Assembly (NCBI GenBank): GCA_946965045.2
Contig: OX337239.1
Coordinates: 2,170,001 to 2,234,000, forward strand
Reading direction: 5' to 3'
DNA length: 64,000 nt
Origin: Epithemia pelagica
Taxonomy: Eukaryota > Protista > Bacillariophyta
Made by a program: the position numbers and the translations under genes. Positions 10,089 to 23,200 of this stretch are shown in pieces. How positions within the stretch are numbered: position 1 is the stretch's first letter; each line of letters begins with the position of its first letter. The notes beneath the pieces are model-generated. The model did not search any database. It saw only the letters and a list, made by a program, of their open reading frames with translations, and was not told the origin of the DNA.

Positions 10089-12169
10089 ATGGTTTCCTTG
10101 CTAGATAGACCCCGATATCATCATGCTGGTAACACGCAAAGATATGTGGTCGTGGCATTCATTATGTGTGCCGCTCTTTTGAGTACCACGTTCATACTTT
10201 ACATGACTCTCGGAAGCAGTCCTTTGCCTCAAAATGATCAACCCACCTTCATGAAACGAGGCGAAATGGATGAAAAAACCAGCACTCGATTGCTGCAGGG
10301 ACCAGCAGGCATATTTAGCACAAATCAGCTGATTGCCAAGTTCGATATTGCGCGTGCTCAGTTCCGAGAGAAGTTGAATGTTGACTACGGCAAAGAAGTT
10401 GTCGATAGCATCTTCTTCGGGACGGACGACGATACCAGCCGTTCTATGGTGCGGTCCGTGTTCAAGGGAAAAGAAGCTTCATGGGAAGGTATAAAAAACA
10501 AAATGGCACGAAAAATATTGGCAGTACAAATTACCGAAACACCACAGCCCTTTGTCTGGGCCACTGGAGGCCACTCCGCCTCGGCGGGTCATGGCAACTT
10601 TTTCAATGAATCCTACACTGCCACCATGGGGGTAGCGAGTGGTCCAATTTTTGAAGCCGTTGGACTCGACTTTTTGGCACGGAACTATGCCATGGGTGCT
10701 ACAGCGTGCGGCATGGAAATTGCAAGCTGTATGAAGGAAGTCTTTGGACATGATGTCGATATTTTGTCATGGGATTACGGAATGACAACTGGGGTACGTT
10801 GAAAAAAAAGCAAAAGAGAATAATTGTCCATCGCCTTGAACCTCACAAACTAAACCTCAATCTCGCACGATTTGTTTCGACGTAATACATCCATAGAGAG
10901 CCCAAGAAAAGGTTGAATTGTTCTTCCATCGAGGAGCTTTGCTTCCAAGCCGACCAGGCATTGTCAATATGGGAAATTCTGCAGGGGCCATCGACAGAAT
11001 GGAGTCTCTTGGTCCCCCCATATTCCGTATGGTAACCAACGCTGTGCTCCAGGCGATTCCCGACACGGCAGGGAAAACACAAGAGGAAATTGATGCCATG
11101 CCAAAATATGTTCGTGCTTTCCGTTGCGAAAAGCAGATTGAAAAAGGAGATCTTTGTCTTGGTACAAAGTACACGTATGCTGGAGGAGACGAGCCGTGCG
11201 ATAAGCGCAAATTCAGAGTTTCTTGGCACCCTGGTTGGTATGTTTCTGAACCACACTCTGTTGCACTTGTTCTGTGTCGTCCCTAAAGTTTGTTGATTTG
11301 TCCGTTTGTGCAGGAAGTGGCATGCATTCCATGGAAACTTTATGACCATGTTCTTGATTGAGATAATCAATGATGCTTTGATAATGATCAAGGAGAAAGG
11401 CTCGGACCCGCAAGTTCTTTTGCAAAACCTGAAGACGGAGGAGGACGTGGCGTATCAACCCATATTGAGCAAGAATATCAGCGATATTCGGTTTCCTGGA
11501 TCGTTAAAGGGTATCTCAGATATTCCCAATGATATCATTTACTGGAACCACAACTATTGCCATACGGCCCGACTTCCGGCCGAGATTCGCTTTATGGGCC
11601 TTTTGACGGAAACCAAACCAACACGAGAGAATGATCTCGACTATGATCATTACGATCGCGGCCAAGAGATAAAGGACATACGCAATTCAGAGAATGCCAA
11701 AATGGAACTAGGATGGGATCAACGTTTGTACGCAAACAGTTGCTCGACACACAAGCTACGTATTGACTACCCAGACTTTTTTATGGTCAATGGCGAAGCG
11801 TGGTCCACTCTCACTCTTCCCAATGAGGCAGAAAGTGAATATTACAATAGGGTTGCAAATTCACTTCCCTCTTCGAAACCAGAATCCATGGGCTTTATTG
11901 CTCTTTGTTTGGCGCAATGTGAACGAGTTTGTCCAAAAGATCTAGTGACCATGAACCGAGACTTGACCAACGTCACCGCGCCGCCCCGGGTTGCCATGAA
12001 AGTAAATGGGGAAAAGGTGCAAAAATTCACCCCATTTTCCGATTGTGCCTTTTTAAAACATGCTGGTGGACATCAGTGGACATCCAACAACGAGGGTCGC
12101 TATGAGATTAGCGCCAAAACAATGGATCCATCGGTTCACATGCGAGTTACCTCCATAACCATATGGTAA
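10089..12169 (+). CDS. Type II membrane protein with SGNH/GDSL-hydrolase-like motifs (3 exons: 10089-10793, 10897-11237, 11314-12169)
   Basis: N-terminal TM helix and motifs TGGHSASAGHGN, RNYAMG and SWDYGMT. GT-AG introns join the frames cleanly (...MTTG|RAQEKVELFF; WHPGW|KWHAF). Confidence 0.7.
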
Positions 12170-12337
12170 AAGATACTAACAATGCAATATCTATTTTCTG
12201 TCTAACTACCCGCTATGCCCTGTTGCCGGGGCAAAGCATCCGACAAAACGGCACCCCAAGACCAGAGAGTGATGGAAAGAAGATGACAATGGTGAAGACT
12301 TCGTATTGGATCCGGAGGAATCCTACTACCTATAGTA

Positions 12338-13431
12338 TTAGACATGGCGTGTTTTCTTCGTATTCCCAAACGGCGGTGGTGCGGGGGGAAGGGCGGCATA
12401 GAGTTCTCGTTTGCGCTTGGCCAATTCTTCCTCGGGAGCCACATCTTCAAACTCGCGCAACAAATCCAAATGCTCTCGCACTTCTTGCAACAATCGTCTC
12501 CGTTCATCGCTGGGATTACTTTGGACGGCCGCTTGTTGTGGGGTGCGGGCGGTGGTCCCTCCCTTGCCCGAGGCGGCGGCGTCCCCGTCGTAGGGCTTAT
12601 TCACCAGGACGGGACGAGGGGCCGATCCGGCATCCTTGTGTGGCATGGTGGCCGGAACGACAATGTTTTTGGGTGGAACCGGGTCTGGAAAGTCCGGGTC
12701 CAGCTGATCGCCTCGATAATAGAGGCGAAAACACAACAGAACGTGGTTATGTGCATGACCCCAATTGGGTGGTACCAGTTTGCCCGAGTTCGATTTGCCT
12801 TGATTGTCGCCGCTGGTTTCCTGCAATAGATCCGAGAATGCATTAGGACTTGGATGGGAGCCAGTCTTGGAACCGCCCACCAAACGGTACTTACAAACAA
12901 GTGCTGTTCCAAGAGATCCACCGATTCTTGATGACTTCGGACCGGCGCCAAAAAGGGTTTGATTTGCTCGGCCAGTCGATCGAGCTCTTTTTGAATCAAT
13001 TGAAACCGCTTCCAACAAATCTCCGGAGTGACCGTTTCCCGGGAGGTGGACGTCCGCCACAAAATCTCCGCCTTGTGATGGGGCAAACAAAAGTCGAGGA
13101 GATTCACCAAGGCCTGCGCCTGATCGACCAAGGCCACCTTGCGTTGAAAGGGACGCAGGTCGCCCACGCGAGGTTGAATGCAGCGTTTGGCTTCGTAGAT
13201 AATCAAGGTCTGGATGCTGCGACGCATACTGTGATCGTATCCGCGTGGTCCCAAAAGTGCCTTGACGCGATCCAACCACGGATTGGGCAGAGCGGGTTGT
13301 TGTTGTTGGGGTGGTTGTGGCTGAGACGACGGCGGTGTTCCCACACCCGTCTCCAGGAGGACACCGTTCGGTGGGGCCATGACGACACCCGACAAGGTGT
13401 TGGTGGTCAATGCAGCAGTTGGGGTAGACAT
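12338..13431 (-). CDS. Hypothetical protein, ~339 aa (2 exons: 13431-12895, 12820-12338)
   Basis: A GTAAGT...TGCAG intron (12894-12821) joins ORF 12601-13485 to the frame of ORF 12338-13279. The C-terminus is a charged helix (LLQEVREHLDLLREFE...KRKRELY). Confidence 0.7.
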
Positions 13432-14465
13432 GAATGATATCAGACTATTCGAGCCGTTCGTTGGATGGATCCTCTTCGACCGCAACTGACCACCGGCAGG
13501 AATGCCATTAGTTCAAGCACGCAGCGAAAGGTACAGAGAAAAAAGGTTGAGAGTTGAGAGGGACCATAGTTCATGCATTGGGGTGAATTGGAATGCAAGT
13601 AAGGAGACACGGAGGTCACAACCCATCAACCATCATTGGAACAGCCACAGAGGCATGATCCTCACGTCTTCCATGGAACTGCAAATGCCAGACACCGCCC
13701 CATCAGTATCAGTGTGAGTGTGATCCACTTACGAGTGTCTCTCTGTGTTCCTCCCGATTTCTCACCAACGGGCTTTGGATAAATTATTGTTGTGGTTCTC
13801 CAAAATCGGACGATATTTGAACGAAGTTACCGCTTTCCAAAGCCTGGATGATTTTCGAGAGCGGAAATGGGTTTTTTCTCTCTCTTTTCGCCCATTTGTT
13901 GAAGCAAAGGGTGATGCATGCCGTAGAAACCTGGTAGAAATTCTACTGAGAAACTCGGTCGAAGAAACACGAAATGCAACGGACGACTCCGAGAAAGATC
14001 ACCGCGCCGGCCAATAAAATTCCTATCGTGTGAGATTCGAATTGTTTTAATATTGGTCAAAGGGAAAATGCCTTCTCGCTTAGTATTTCGATGCAATGGC
14101 GCGAGGATTCGTCGCGCCCGTTTTTCGCCATGGAAAAAAGCGTGACGGATCGGAAATGTCGTTGCGACATTTTTATATTAGAAAGAAAAAAAATGATTCC
14201 ATCATCGACCCGAACTCGGAAATGGCCAAGGAGGAACGACAGATGATGATGATCGTACGAGCCGCAACGACAACGACCGCTACCAGGAAGGAGATGCATC
14301 CTGGTCCGACAGCCAACCAAAGCCGTGTGGTCCGAGAACCCTCGTTGTTGTCGTCGAACGACTCGAAGAATCTCCTCCAAGAGAAGCTGGAAGCCGTGTC
14401 GAGAGAATTGGAGTTCCAGTTGACAGAGTCTCCGTACGGTACGTGGACCGGAAGAATGGAACCGG

Positions 14466-17099
14466 ATGGAATCGCTCTCAATCGCTCCATACAATACACT
14501 AGAATACTCTGTTTCCCAAATCTCACACCTTTGGTGGTCCATTCGTTTAGATATTCCAGCGGCTCTCGAGTTTTTGGAGACGCAACAAGCACGAGTCGCA
14601 CAGGCCGAACAGGCCTTGTTGCAAGTGACACGAGAACTTTTGCCCCGGCCAAGCCTCTGCCCATTACTGACCACCATGGAAGTGGCACAAGTGTTACAAG
14701 AACTCTCTAGTATTTACCAACGACAACACCAACGATTGCGGCAACAGATTCCACCACGAAACAAACCACCCGAGCCCACAACACATGAGCCGTTCCAGCC
14801 TCCTCTGAATGGCACAGTGGATGCACAAAACAAGAAGGAATCCTTGCGACACCAAACTTTGGACTCGCTTCCTCGAAAATCACTTCTTGTTACTGAGGAT
14901 ACCTTCTGGTCGCCATGGAGCGATCCTTTGGATTCCCAACGTGACGACACTAGTATCCGTCGTCGTCCCAGTGACCCGGACACGGTCCTTCCGACGACGC
15001 CGTTTACCACGGCGACGCCCCAACCAACGTCGGCCCACCAACCCTTGACACCCTTTGTCCGGTTGGGACGGGTATTGTCCGATGTCGTGGAAGAGACCGA
15101 CCAGGAAACGGACGGCAGTACGAGTAGTGGGAGTCCGGTCTGCCCGGCGGCGCCATTGGGGAATCATCGACCCCATGCTGCCACCACCCGTGGAGCACGC
15201 GTCGATCCTCCTCCTTCTTTGCCTGCCACCAGGACACCAACGACTCCCAATCCGCCGTTGGGGTCGGCCCCAAAGATACGACAACAACAACAACAACACA
15301 AGGAGGAGGAACCCAAACAGTCCCCGTACAATAACAACCCGCCTTCCACGGGACGCAAGCGTCTAGATGCCTTTGCCCAGCTCGAACGCACCTTGCAACA
15401 CGATATTCACAAGGTCATTTTGTGGCCCTCCCAGGAGGTCGTGGACCAACCAACGGCTCGAACCGTCCGTCTCGCGAGTCCCCAGCCAACTGCCCATGCC
15501 AGTATTCTCTCCACCGCCCAACCGGACGACCAGACGTTGCAGGACGACGACGATTTGTCCTCCATTGTTCCATTCGCAGAGGACTTGCCAGATTCGTCAC
15601 CTCGCAGCAAGAGTCGGTCGTCCTTGGTCGTTCCGCCAGAGGAGGAGGAAGACTCTTGTACCACAATGGCGTTGGAACACTCCTTGGAAGAGGAGGACGA
15701 TTCGGCCTTGTACTGTGCCACCGTGTTGGCAAATCGCACCGATTCACCCAAACTTTGTCCGGAAGGACGGCAACCTCCTCCCCATCGACCATCCCAAGTT
15801 CAATTTGTGTTGAAACAGGACGACGACGACGACGAATCACCAACCGACCAGACAGTGTTGACCATGGACGATACCATGGAGTTGGAGCTCCACGACGAGC
15901 CATCAGTGGTTCGGAATCCGCAGCTCTTGCACCCCATTGACGAGACTCGTAGTGTCAATTCGGGAGAAGAATCCGCCGAAACTCCCATTCTCGACCGGTA
16001 TCGTTTGGTGGCCGACGAGACGGCACCGCACGGTGTCGTGGTGGTCCCCAACGAACGACGTGCACATCGACCAACTCGTCGTCCTGCCGACCAGTATCCA
16101 CACAGGAAACACGCTCCAAAAGCAGGACACTCGAAAAATGGCGAACCGACCATGGATAAGATTAGTGAGGTCGTACCCTCCAATTCACTGTCGTCACCAG
16201 TTTCCGTACGACCCAAGTTTCGGAAAACGCCTCATCCCCACAAACAAGGAACTGGTTACGGTCCCTTGAGAACGACCCTACATGAAAATGCTCCTCTCAA
16301 CACCCTGGAGGATGACGTTACACCAACGGCCAACAACTGTACCACCACGGCTAATACCATGTGGGCCACACCCACTGAGGGTCCCCCGTCCACCACCACC
16401 ACGACAAGGTCGTCTCGGAGTCCCTTGCAGTCCATTCTCTGGGCCAGTGCCGGCAGCAGTCGTGGAAATATGTCTCTTCTCACCTCGCCCGCGACACGGC
16501 CAGTGGCCCTCAAGACAACCACCACCAGTGTGGCTGCTGCTACCAACACTTGGACCGAACAATCTCCCGACGCTGGTTTCCAAACCACCCCCTTCCACGA
16601 AGAGGAAACCCAACACGTTTCACGGCCTCCTGTGGATGGAACTGCAGAGCGTGACTCACCACACTTGAAGGAAACTGCTTTGGCGGCATCATCAGATCTC
16701 CAACAATCGTACCTCCCCCAAATCAAGCAAATTACCAATGCGGAATATGAAAGTGCTCCCCGTATTGTCAAGATGCAACTATCCATGGAAAAAGTTCAAG
16801 CGGCAGTGGTGGCCTTGAACCATGCCCTGAGTTTGTCGCCCATTCTGTTGGAGGAGGATGATAGGGGTATGGTACGCAAGCCAGACGTGGAACTGAGCCA
16901 GGGCGATTTACAGGATATTTTGGCACCCCTCTCCCACCGAGAGTGTAAGAGCGTTGCCATGTCCTTGTGTCACTGGCGACGATTGTTGTTGCGGCGGCGG
17001 GAACGAACATGTAGTCCAAGGCAGTTGGACCACCTCAACAGTACCGGGAAGGAAGAACCAACTGAAAAAGAAATGGTCTTTGCTGTTTTACTACATTAG
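14466..17099 (+). CDS. 877-aa protein with an N-terminal coiled coil, a long disordered middle and a C-terminal SKA1-like microtubule-binding domain
   Basis: C-terminal ITNAEYESAPRIVKMQLSMEKVQAAV...SLCHWRRL resembles the SKA1 MTBD pattern I..EF..VP.YM..RL.....N......LRH.RRL. Recognised by eye; the start codon is uncertain. Confidence 0.55.
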   Translation: MESLSIAPYNTLEYSVSQISHLWWSIRLDIPAALEFLETQQARVAQAEQALLQVTRELLPRPSLCPLLTTMEVAQVLQELSSIYQRQHQRLRQQIPPRNKPPEPTTHEPFQPPLNGTVDAQNKKESLRHQTLDSLPRKSLLVTEDTFWSPWSDPLDSQRDDTSIRRRPSDPDTVLPTTPFTTATPQPTSAHQPLTPFVRLGRVLSDVVEETDQETDGSTSSGSPVCPAAPLGNHRPHAATTRGARVDPPPSLPATRTPTTPNPPLGSAPKIRQQQQQHKEEEPKQSPYNNNPPSTGRKRLDAFAQLERTLQHDIHKVILWPSQEVVDQPTARTVRLASPQPTAHASILSTAQPDDQTLQDDDDLSSIVPFAEDLPDSSPRSKSRSSLVVPPEEEEDSCTTMALEHSLEEEDDSALYCATVLANRTDSPKLCPEGRQPPPHRPSQVQFVLKQDDDDDESPTDQTVLTMDDTMELELHDEPSVVRNPQLLHPIDETRSVNSGEESAETPILDRYRLVADETAPHGVVVVPNERRAHRPTRRPADQYPHRKHAPKAGHSKNGEPTMDKISEVVPSNSLSSPVSVRPKFRKTPHPHKQGTGYGPLRTTLHENAPLNTLEDDVTPTANNCTTTANTMWATPTEGPPSTTTTTRSSRSPLQSILWASAGSSRGNMSLLTSPATRPVALKTTTTSVAAATNTWTEQSPDAGFQTTPFHEEETQHVSRPPVDGTAERDSPHLKETALAASSDLQQSYLPQIKQITNAEYESAPRIVKMQLSMEKVQAAVVALNHALSLSPILLEEDDRGMVRKPDVELSQGDLQDILAPLSHRECKSVAMSLCHWRRLLLRRRERTCSPRQLDHLNSTGKEEPTEKEMVFAVLLH

Positions 17100-17295
17100 C
17101 CAGTTAATCCGGGATCAATCGAATGATAGGGACTACTCTTGATCTTCACTGTACCAACGCTTGTTGTCGTCATCCGTATCCCACTCTTGTCATCCACGAT
17201 CCAGCTATGTTTGGTTGGATGCGCATTACCACACCCTTGTGCTTGCCATGATTCTCAGAGAATTCTTAGGAAAACTGTTGGTAGCCCCGCAGTCG

Positions 17296-20200
17296 TCAAG
17301 ATTCTCCTTCCTGACTGGACACACCATGGATGCCACTGGTGGAGTGATGAAGGACTGCAATTTCGTTCATCGCGTGACAACTGATGATTCGTAGGGCTCT
17401 CTGACGGTCACTCCGATCTTTGAGCACCTGAATAATATCGCGAACCCTCATGCCACTGACAGGTAGTTCGTCAATGGCAATCAATATATCACTGGGGAAA
17501 ATCCAGTCATGCAACGGGCTGTCTGGTGCAACGTCACTCACCATGGCATGACCTCGGAATTCCACAAACGTGACACCAATTCGCCCTGCCGGTGCAGAAA
17601 CAACTCGATGATAGGGTTGATCTTCGTCCAGTTCTGCAGCAGCAGAGGGCGGCGTTGCCATTTGCGGTTGCGTCACATGTGGTGTATAGGTGTTGGCCAT
17701 TGAAGCTGACGACAAAAGGTGATGGTGATGATCATATGGTGAATCCAGATCCTCTGTAGCATTGGAAGGCGTCAGGAATGCCCCGCGATTTCGGGTCAAG
17801 AATCCTCCCAAAGCACCACCCAAGGCACTCATTAATCCTGTATTCGGCACGTGCTCTTCCATGTCTTCCGCCATTTCGTCATACATGAGATGCTGTTGCG
17901 CTTTGGGAGTTACATGGATGTTTGTATGGTCCACCAAAGAAGTTCCTTCGTTTGTGTCGGTCCCAGCGGTTGCATTCATCACAAAAGCACGTGCTCCACC
18001 ATTACCCATGAGCGTGGTTGAGGTACTATGGGTGACACTGTTGGGGCCACAACCAACATCGGATCGAGCGGCAATGGTTTCCAAGTGTCGCCTCATGTCA
18101 AAGTCTCCAGGAAGTGAAGGACGGTCTACAGACACGGCGATGTCATACGTCGTTCGACGGTGGGCTCGTGACTTGACATTCAGGAGAATGTCCTTGCGAC
18201 GCAATAGGAGCGGTAACACATGCAAAATAAAACCATCTTTTACTTGATGATCCAAATTCGAGATTGTCAAAGGCGGAATGGATTGTGGGTCCGCATGGTT
18301 GGTCAAAACTTGATCCATCCAAGACAACATGGATTCATGAAGGCCTTGGTCTTCTGTCCATGATTCCAAAACAGCTTGCACCATGGGAGACCGCAAAGTA
18401 TGGTCAGGCGGAGGGGGCAATGGGGACAAGTCATCCCAATCTGTCACAAAGTTTTCGCTATCTAACATGTGAACGTGAATTGTGTCTTCGTCTTTGTTTC
18501 CTGGGCTAAGTCGTTGCTTGTCTGTTGAATGTTCCCCCATACGTTCGTTCCGTTCCCCTTGTGTCTTGCTTTCCCCTTGATTATTGAATTGATTTTCATT
18601 CACAAACACAAACGGAGGGTTTTCAGGCACTGCTCTTTCACTGGTATCATGCTCGCCAGTGCTTCCAGAATCCGTTCCAGTTTTCAAAGTACTGTGAAGT
18701 TTCTCGATTACCGAGTTTGCTTCCTCCAAGGCCTTTCTGTACATTATGAGCATGTCTCCATTCCGGTCCTCGTCAAACAATGGATTGCTGGGAAATGACT
18801 GATCCACGGCGGGGTCTTGGTCTGCATCGTTTTCGTTGACAACATCTTCGCCTAATGACACATCCTCGCTTTCGTCCAGTATAGATCGATTTGGTGGTTG
18901 AAAAGCCGCTGCAATCGCAACTTGTTTTTCACTCTTGAGCCGTCCGATTTCTGCGCGACAATTTGCCAATTCTTCGTTGAGTTGTTGAAGCTGTATTGCA
19001 TTGCCAGCCAGTTTATCTTCGGCCGCGTGTAAACGAGCCTTGGTCGTTAACAGATCAATACTGCGAGGAGAAGAGCTGGAGCTTTCCATCATTTCGGGTA
19101 TTTGTTGTAGCTGAACTTTGTGCCTCCAGCGATTACGATGATCTCTTTCAACAAAATCGTCTCGCTTCTTCTCACTGCCATCTTCCTCATCGTCTGCAGT
19201 CGCTGTCCCTCCAGGCGAATCATGCTGCCGACCGATAGATTTGAGCCAAGAACACGCTGATTGTGCTGCTCGACTCATTTCTAATGCGTACACATGAGAT
19301 TTCACCAATTCATCAATCAGATGCAGGCTCGCTGCCCGCTTATCTGAGTTTTCTTCTGTTTCCGCCAAGGCCTTCAAGTCCTGTACTATCGGACCAATGG
19401 CATCCGTTTGATCAAACCCCTGAGAGATCGATGGTGGTGGGACAGAAGCAGAATCTTCCACCGTTTTCACGGATAAGTTTGTTGTTGGAGGCGTCACATC
19501 GGTGCTTTCTACTGTGGAATCAGGCGCGATTTGGTCAGGGCTCGAAGCAGGATAAGGTGTTAATGGTGCGACTGACTGGTGCAATGATACTCCACGTTCT
19601 ACTAGACACGCCAAGATATCAATGGCATCTTCCCGTTCAATTTCGATTCGTTGAGGGGTTTTAAGTTCCTCGGCCATACCATTGTTTGGGTTCAGCATCA
19701 AGGGACTGAAATCATTTGGTGCCAGTGGTGGTTGATCTGTACCATGACCATTGTTTTTCCCGAATCCCAGAGTTCGTTTAAAACTTCGATCCTGACTAAC
19801 GTTGGCAGCAGCCATCTGGGAGGAAGTGTCATGTAGGGGCTGTTCGCCGACGTCACCGTTAACCGTAGCAGCTGCGTTGTTGATTCTCCGAGAGGAGGAG
19901 GACACCGATGGATTCACGAAACCTGGTCTTTCTGCAAAAATGCTCCAGTAGTTGCTGTTTCGTGATCTATTTGTTCCAGAATCGTCACGTGGCCATCGAT
20001 GAGAGGAGTCCAGCGCACTCTGGAACGAGCTTTTGCCGGCACCCACCACATCGGCTGCCCTTTGCTCGGTTGTCGTCGACGACATGAGATCCCAGCTTAG
20101 ACTCGTTGTTCCCACCATAGCCTCTGCGCCCAGTGACACTTGAGTACTTCCCGCCTGGCTGGACGCACTCCATTCATGCTTTGATTTACTTCTTCCCCAT

Positions 20201-23200
20201 GTCTTGATTGGCGTAGGGCGTGAAGAGGACAACTGCCCTCGTCGTCGCAAAAAAGATGACCCAACGCTCTGCCCTTCGTCAAACGAAAAACAAGACCGTG
20301 GAATTCTCATGGGGCTGATCAATACTCTATCGGTCTCAGATTGCTCTTTCCCATTTTCATCTTCTGTCGGCAGGGTGTCCTCCACGTTTTGCCGGTTTGG
20401 TGATGCCTTTTCCACTGGCTCTTGGACTACAATGAGTTGGACCAAGGATGAGGCCGATTTCTCTTCCCCTTCCGTTCTACTGCTGCTACTCCTATAAACA
20501 GAGCTGCTGTCATCGTGAGAAGGACCATGTCCCTTTCGTTCGTTCCAAATGGCACGGATCGATCGTCGTCCATGATTCCTCTTTTTCTTCTTTTTTTGAG
20601 AACTTGCGGCCAAATACGCAGTGGAACCCGGAGAACGTAACAAAAACGAGACGGGTGGATGTTGTGAATGTGCGGATTGGTTTCCGACATTGGAGTCAGA
20701 TTCATAGCCCGGTTGAAACGATGATTGAGCAGTGCCTCCCGCCCATCCGTCATGGTTGTCCTTGGCGGGGGTACCAAACACTGGAGACAAGGTAACCTCA
20801 ATGCCTTCCCCTTCACTCCATGAAAATGCCTGAGGAATAATGGGACGTGGTTGCAGAGACGATTTGTTCTTGGAACCAAGTCGAGGTGTCACCGGGGAAG
20901 AGTCTGTTGGAGGTGGTACCGAAGCATGACTCGCTCGATCCTGCTCTTTGAAAAGGTGATGATGATGACCACCAATACTTGAGGAGAAACGTCGTTCCTG
21001 TTGATGTTCCTGTTGGCGTCGCAAGAGGCGTTGTCCTACCGTTCCATGTTCACCATCCTGTTGTTGCTGCTGCTGATGTTTCTTGGCCGCCATGGTTTTG
21101 CGCACCGCCAAGGAAAGCCGTTGTTTGGTCGATAACAGCCTGGGAGACGAATTGTCCTCAACATTGTTTCTAGATCTGACAGTGTCTTGTTGTATTACGT
21201 CATTCTGTTTGTCGACTCGGACCGTATCATCTGGACCACTTTCACCGCGATTGCCAAAGTGCATCTCGTCTTCTTCATCATCATTCATTTGTTGCGTCGG
21301 TTCCGGCTGAGCCAACAATCCGGTTGGATCGTCCTTGGGTGTGGAAAAGAGCAATTCCTTTTGTACTTGTGGATACAGAGGTGTTGTAGTTGGGTGTTGT
21401 TGGTCCTTGTCCATGGCACCACTGTCATTTTCTTTGGATCGTTCGTCCTGATAATAGAGGGCTGGACGATGGCGCAACTGCGTGACCGCTTCGTCGTCGT
21501 CGTCATGAGTTTCATGGTCAGGAGGGTGTTGTGCGTTGTCGGAACCGACCAGGGGGTTGAGTTCTCCGGGCAAGTTGGATCGCCGAAACCGACGCGGAGA
21601 CAAGCGAAATCCAGTTGTTGCTGGCTCCGTATGCTGCTGCTCATTATTATTATTGTTGTTGTGTTCCTGATAAAAGTCCCGGTCGTCGTCCAACTCGGCG
21701 AGACGATCCAATTGAGCAGTTGCATTAATGACGGTTCCCATTTCCGAAGCCGTGGACAAGACTGTTTCCGACAACAAGTCCTCTTCTTCTTCCTCCTCTT
21801 CATGGTCGTCATCATCCATTCGATGGACCGATCCTCGAATCATGGCTTCACTTCGACGAAAGGATGACGATGGTAAGAGGGGTAGAGGAAGTGGCAATCC
21901 CAAATGGGCCAAACTTTGTTCATCCTCCTCCCGATGGTCCTCCTTGTCGTCGTCCTCCTCGTTGTCACTGGCCGTGGTGTGGTGTTCGTGGAATGACGAT
22001 GAGGATGATTGATGAAATTCTTGCAAGGCTTTTAAATTCTCTCTTCGTAATTCCGACAGGGTCGAAACCAACGGAAGGGGTACCCCCAGTCGTTCTTGCT
22101 CATTCCTTCCACTCGTATCAGCATTATCCTTGTCGTCGTCATTCTTTGTCGTGTCGTCGTCGTCATCCTGTTTCGGTTCGGGATGCTCGGCCGCACTCTT
22201 GTCGTTGCCATTGGCCATTGGAGATGACACGTCGTGCTGTAATGGATCATTCTCTCGTGTCGAATCTTGCATTCGGAGGAATGCTTCGTCCTCGTCCAAT
22301 TCGGCCATTCGTTGTTCCATTTGAATCACGGTTCCGAGTTCCGACGCAGTCGACAAGATGCTTTCGGACGATTCATTCGTCGTATTCGTATTCGTAGTAT
22401 TTGGAGGGTGGTCCTCCAGCGGAGTGGTGGTTTCGGTACTGCTCGTACGGAGTCCCACCCGCGGTGGTCGCCGGGCCAAGAGCAATTGTTTGGCAAAGGC
22501 GGTTTGCGCCGGTGTCGCTTCTTCTTCCCATTCGATTGGGTCTGCGGTTGCGGCTGCTGGGTCCTCCCGAACCAGACGCGTCTCCTGATCCAAAACTAAT
22601 GACGGTTCCAGTTTGGGTTGGGAGGGAGGGTCCACCGTGGGGGATGGATCGTGCGGGTGGTCCCTCTTCGTGTCGTCGTCATTGTTGTCATGTTTATTGG
22701 GTTCGGATGGGGTCGATGATGGTACCAATGTTGTCGTTGTGGTTGTCGTCGTGGTGGAAGGAACCACGTGAGACACTCGTGCCACCATGGGAGGCGATGG
22801 GACTGGCATTATGGCAGCATGTGGATACGGCTGCCGAGACGAACAAGGATTGGAGGGTGGTGGTTTGGGTTTGGTGGAAGCAAACAAGGGTGGCAAATGA
22901 TGGTGATGATGATTGTTGTTGTTGGCATGTTGTAGATTGGAATGGGGAGATGCTGCCAATGAGTGATGATGGTTATTATTGGTATGGGAGGAGACGCCCA
23001 CATAGGATCGAACATGCGACGGAGATCGATGCAAATGAGAATAGGGTGACACATAGGGCGTCGTCGTTTGCGAGGAAGATGCTGCGGCCGAAGGGTGTTG
23101 CGGAGACGACAATTGTTGTGGTTGATGGGCCAAGACTCGTAAATTAACGTGTGGTTTGGGAAGACGAGGTTGTCGATTGTCATGCAATTCCGTTTCCGCT

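Noticed and set aside
14096-14710. 204-aa plus-strand ORF and overlapping minus-strand ORFs
   Set aside because: They overlap the better-supported 877-aa ORF in another frame and show no recognisable domain.
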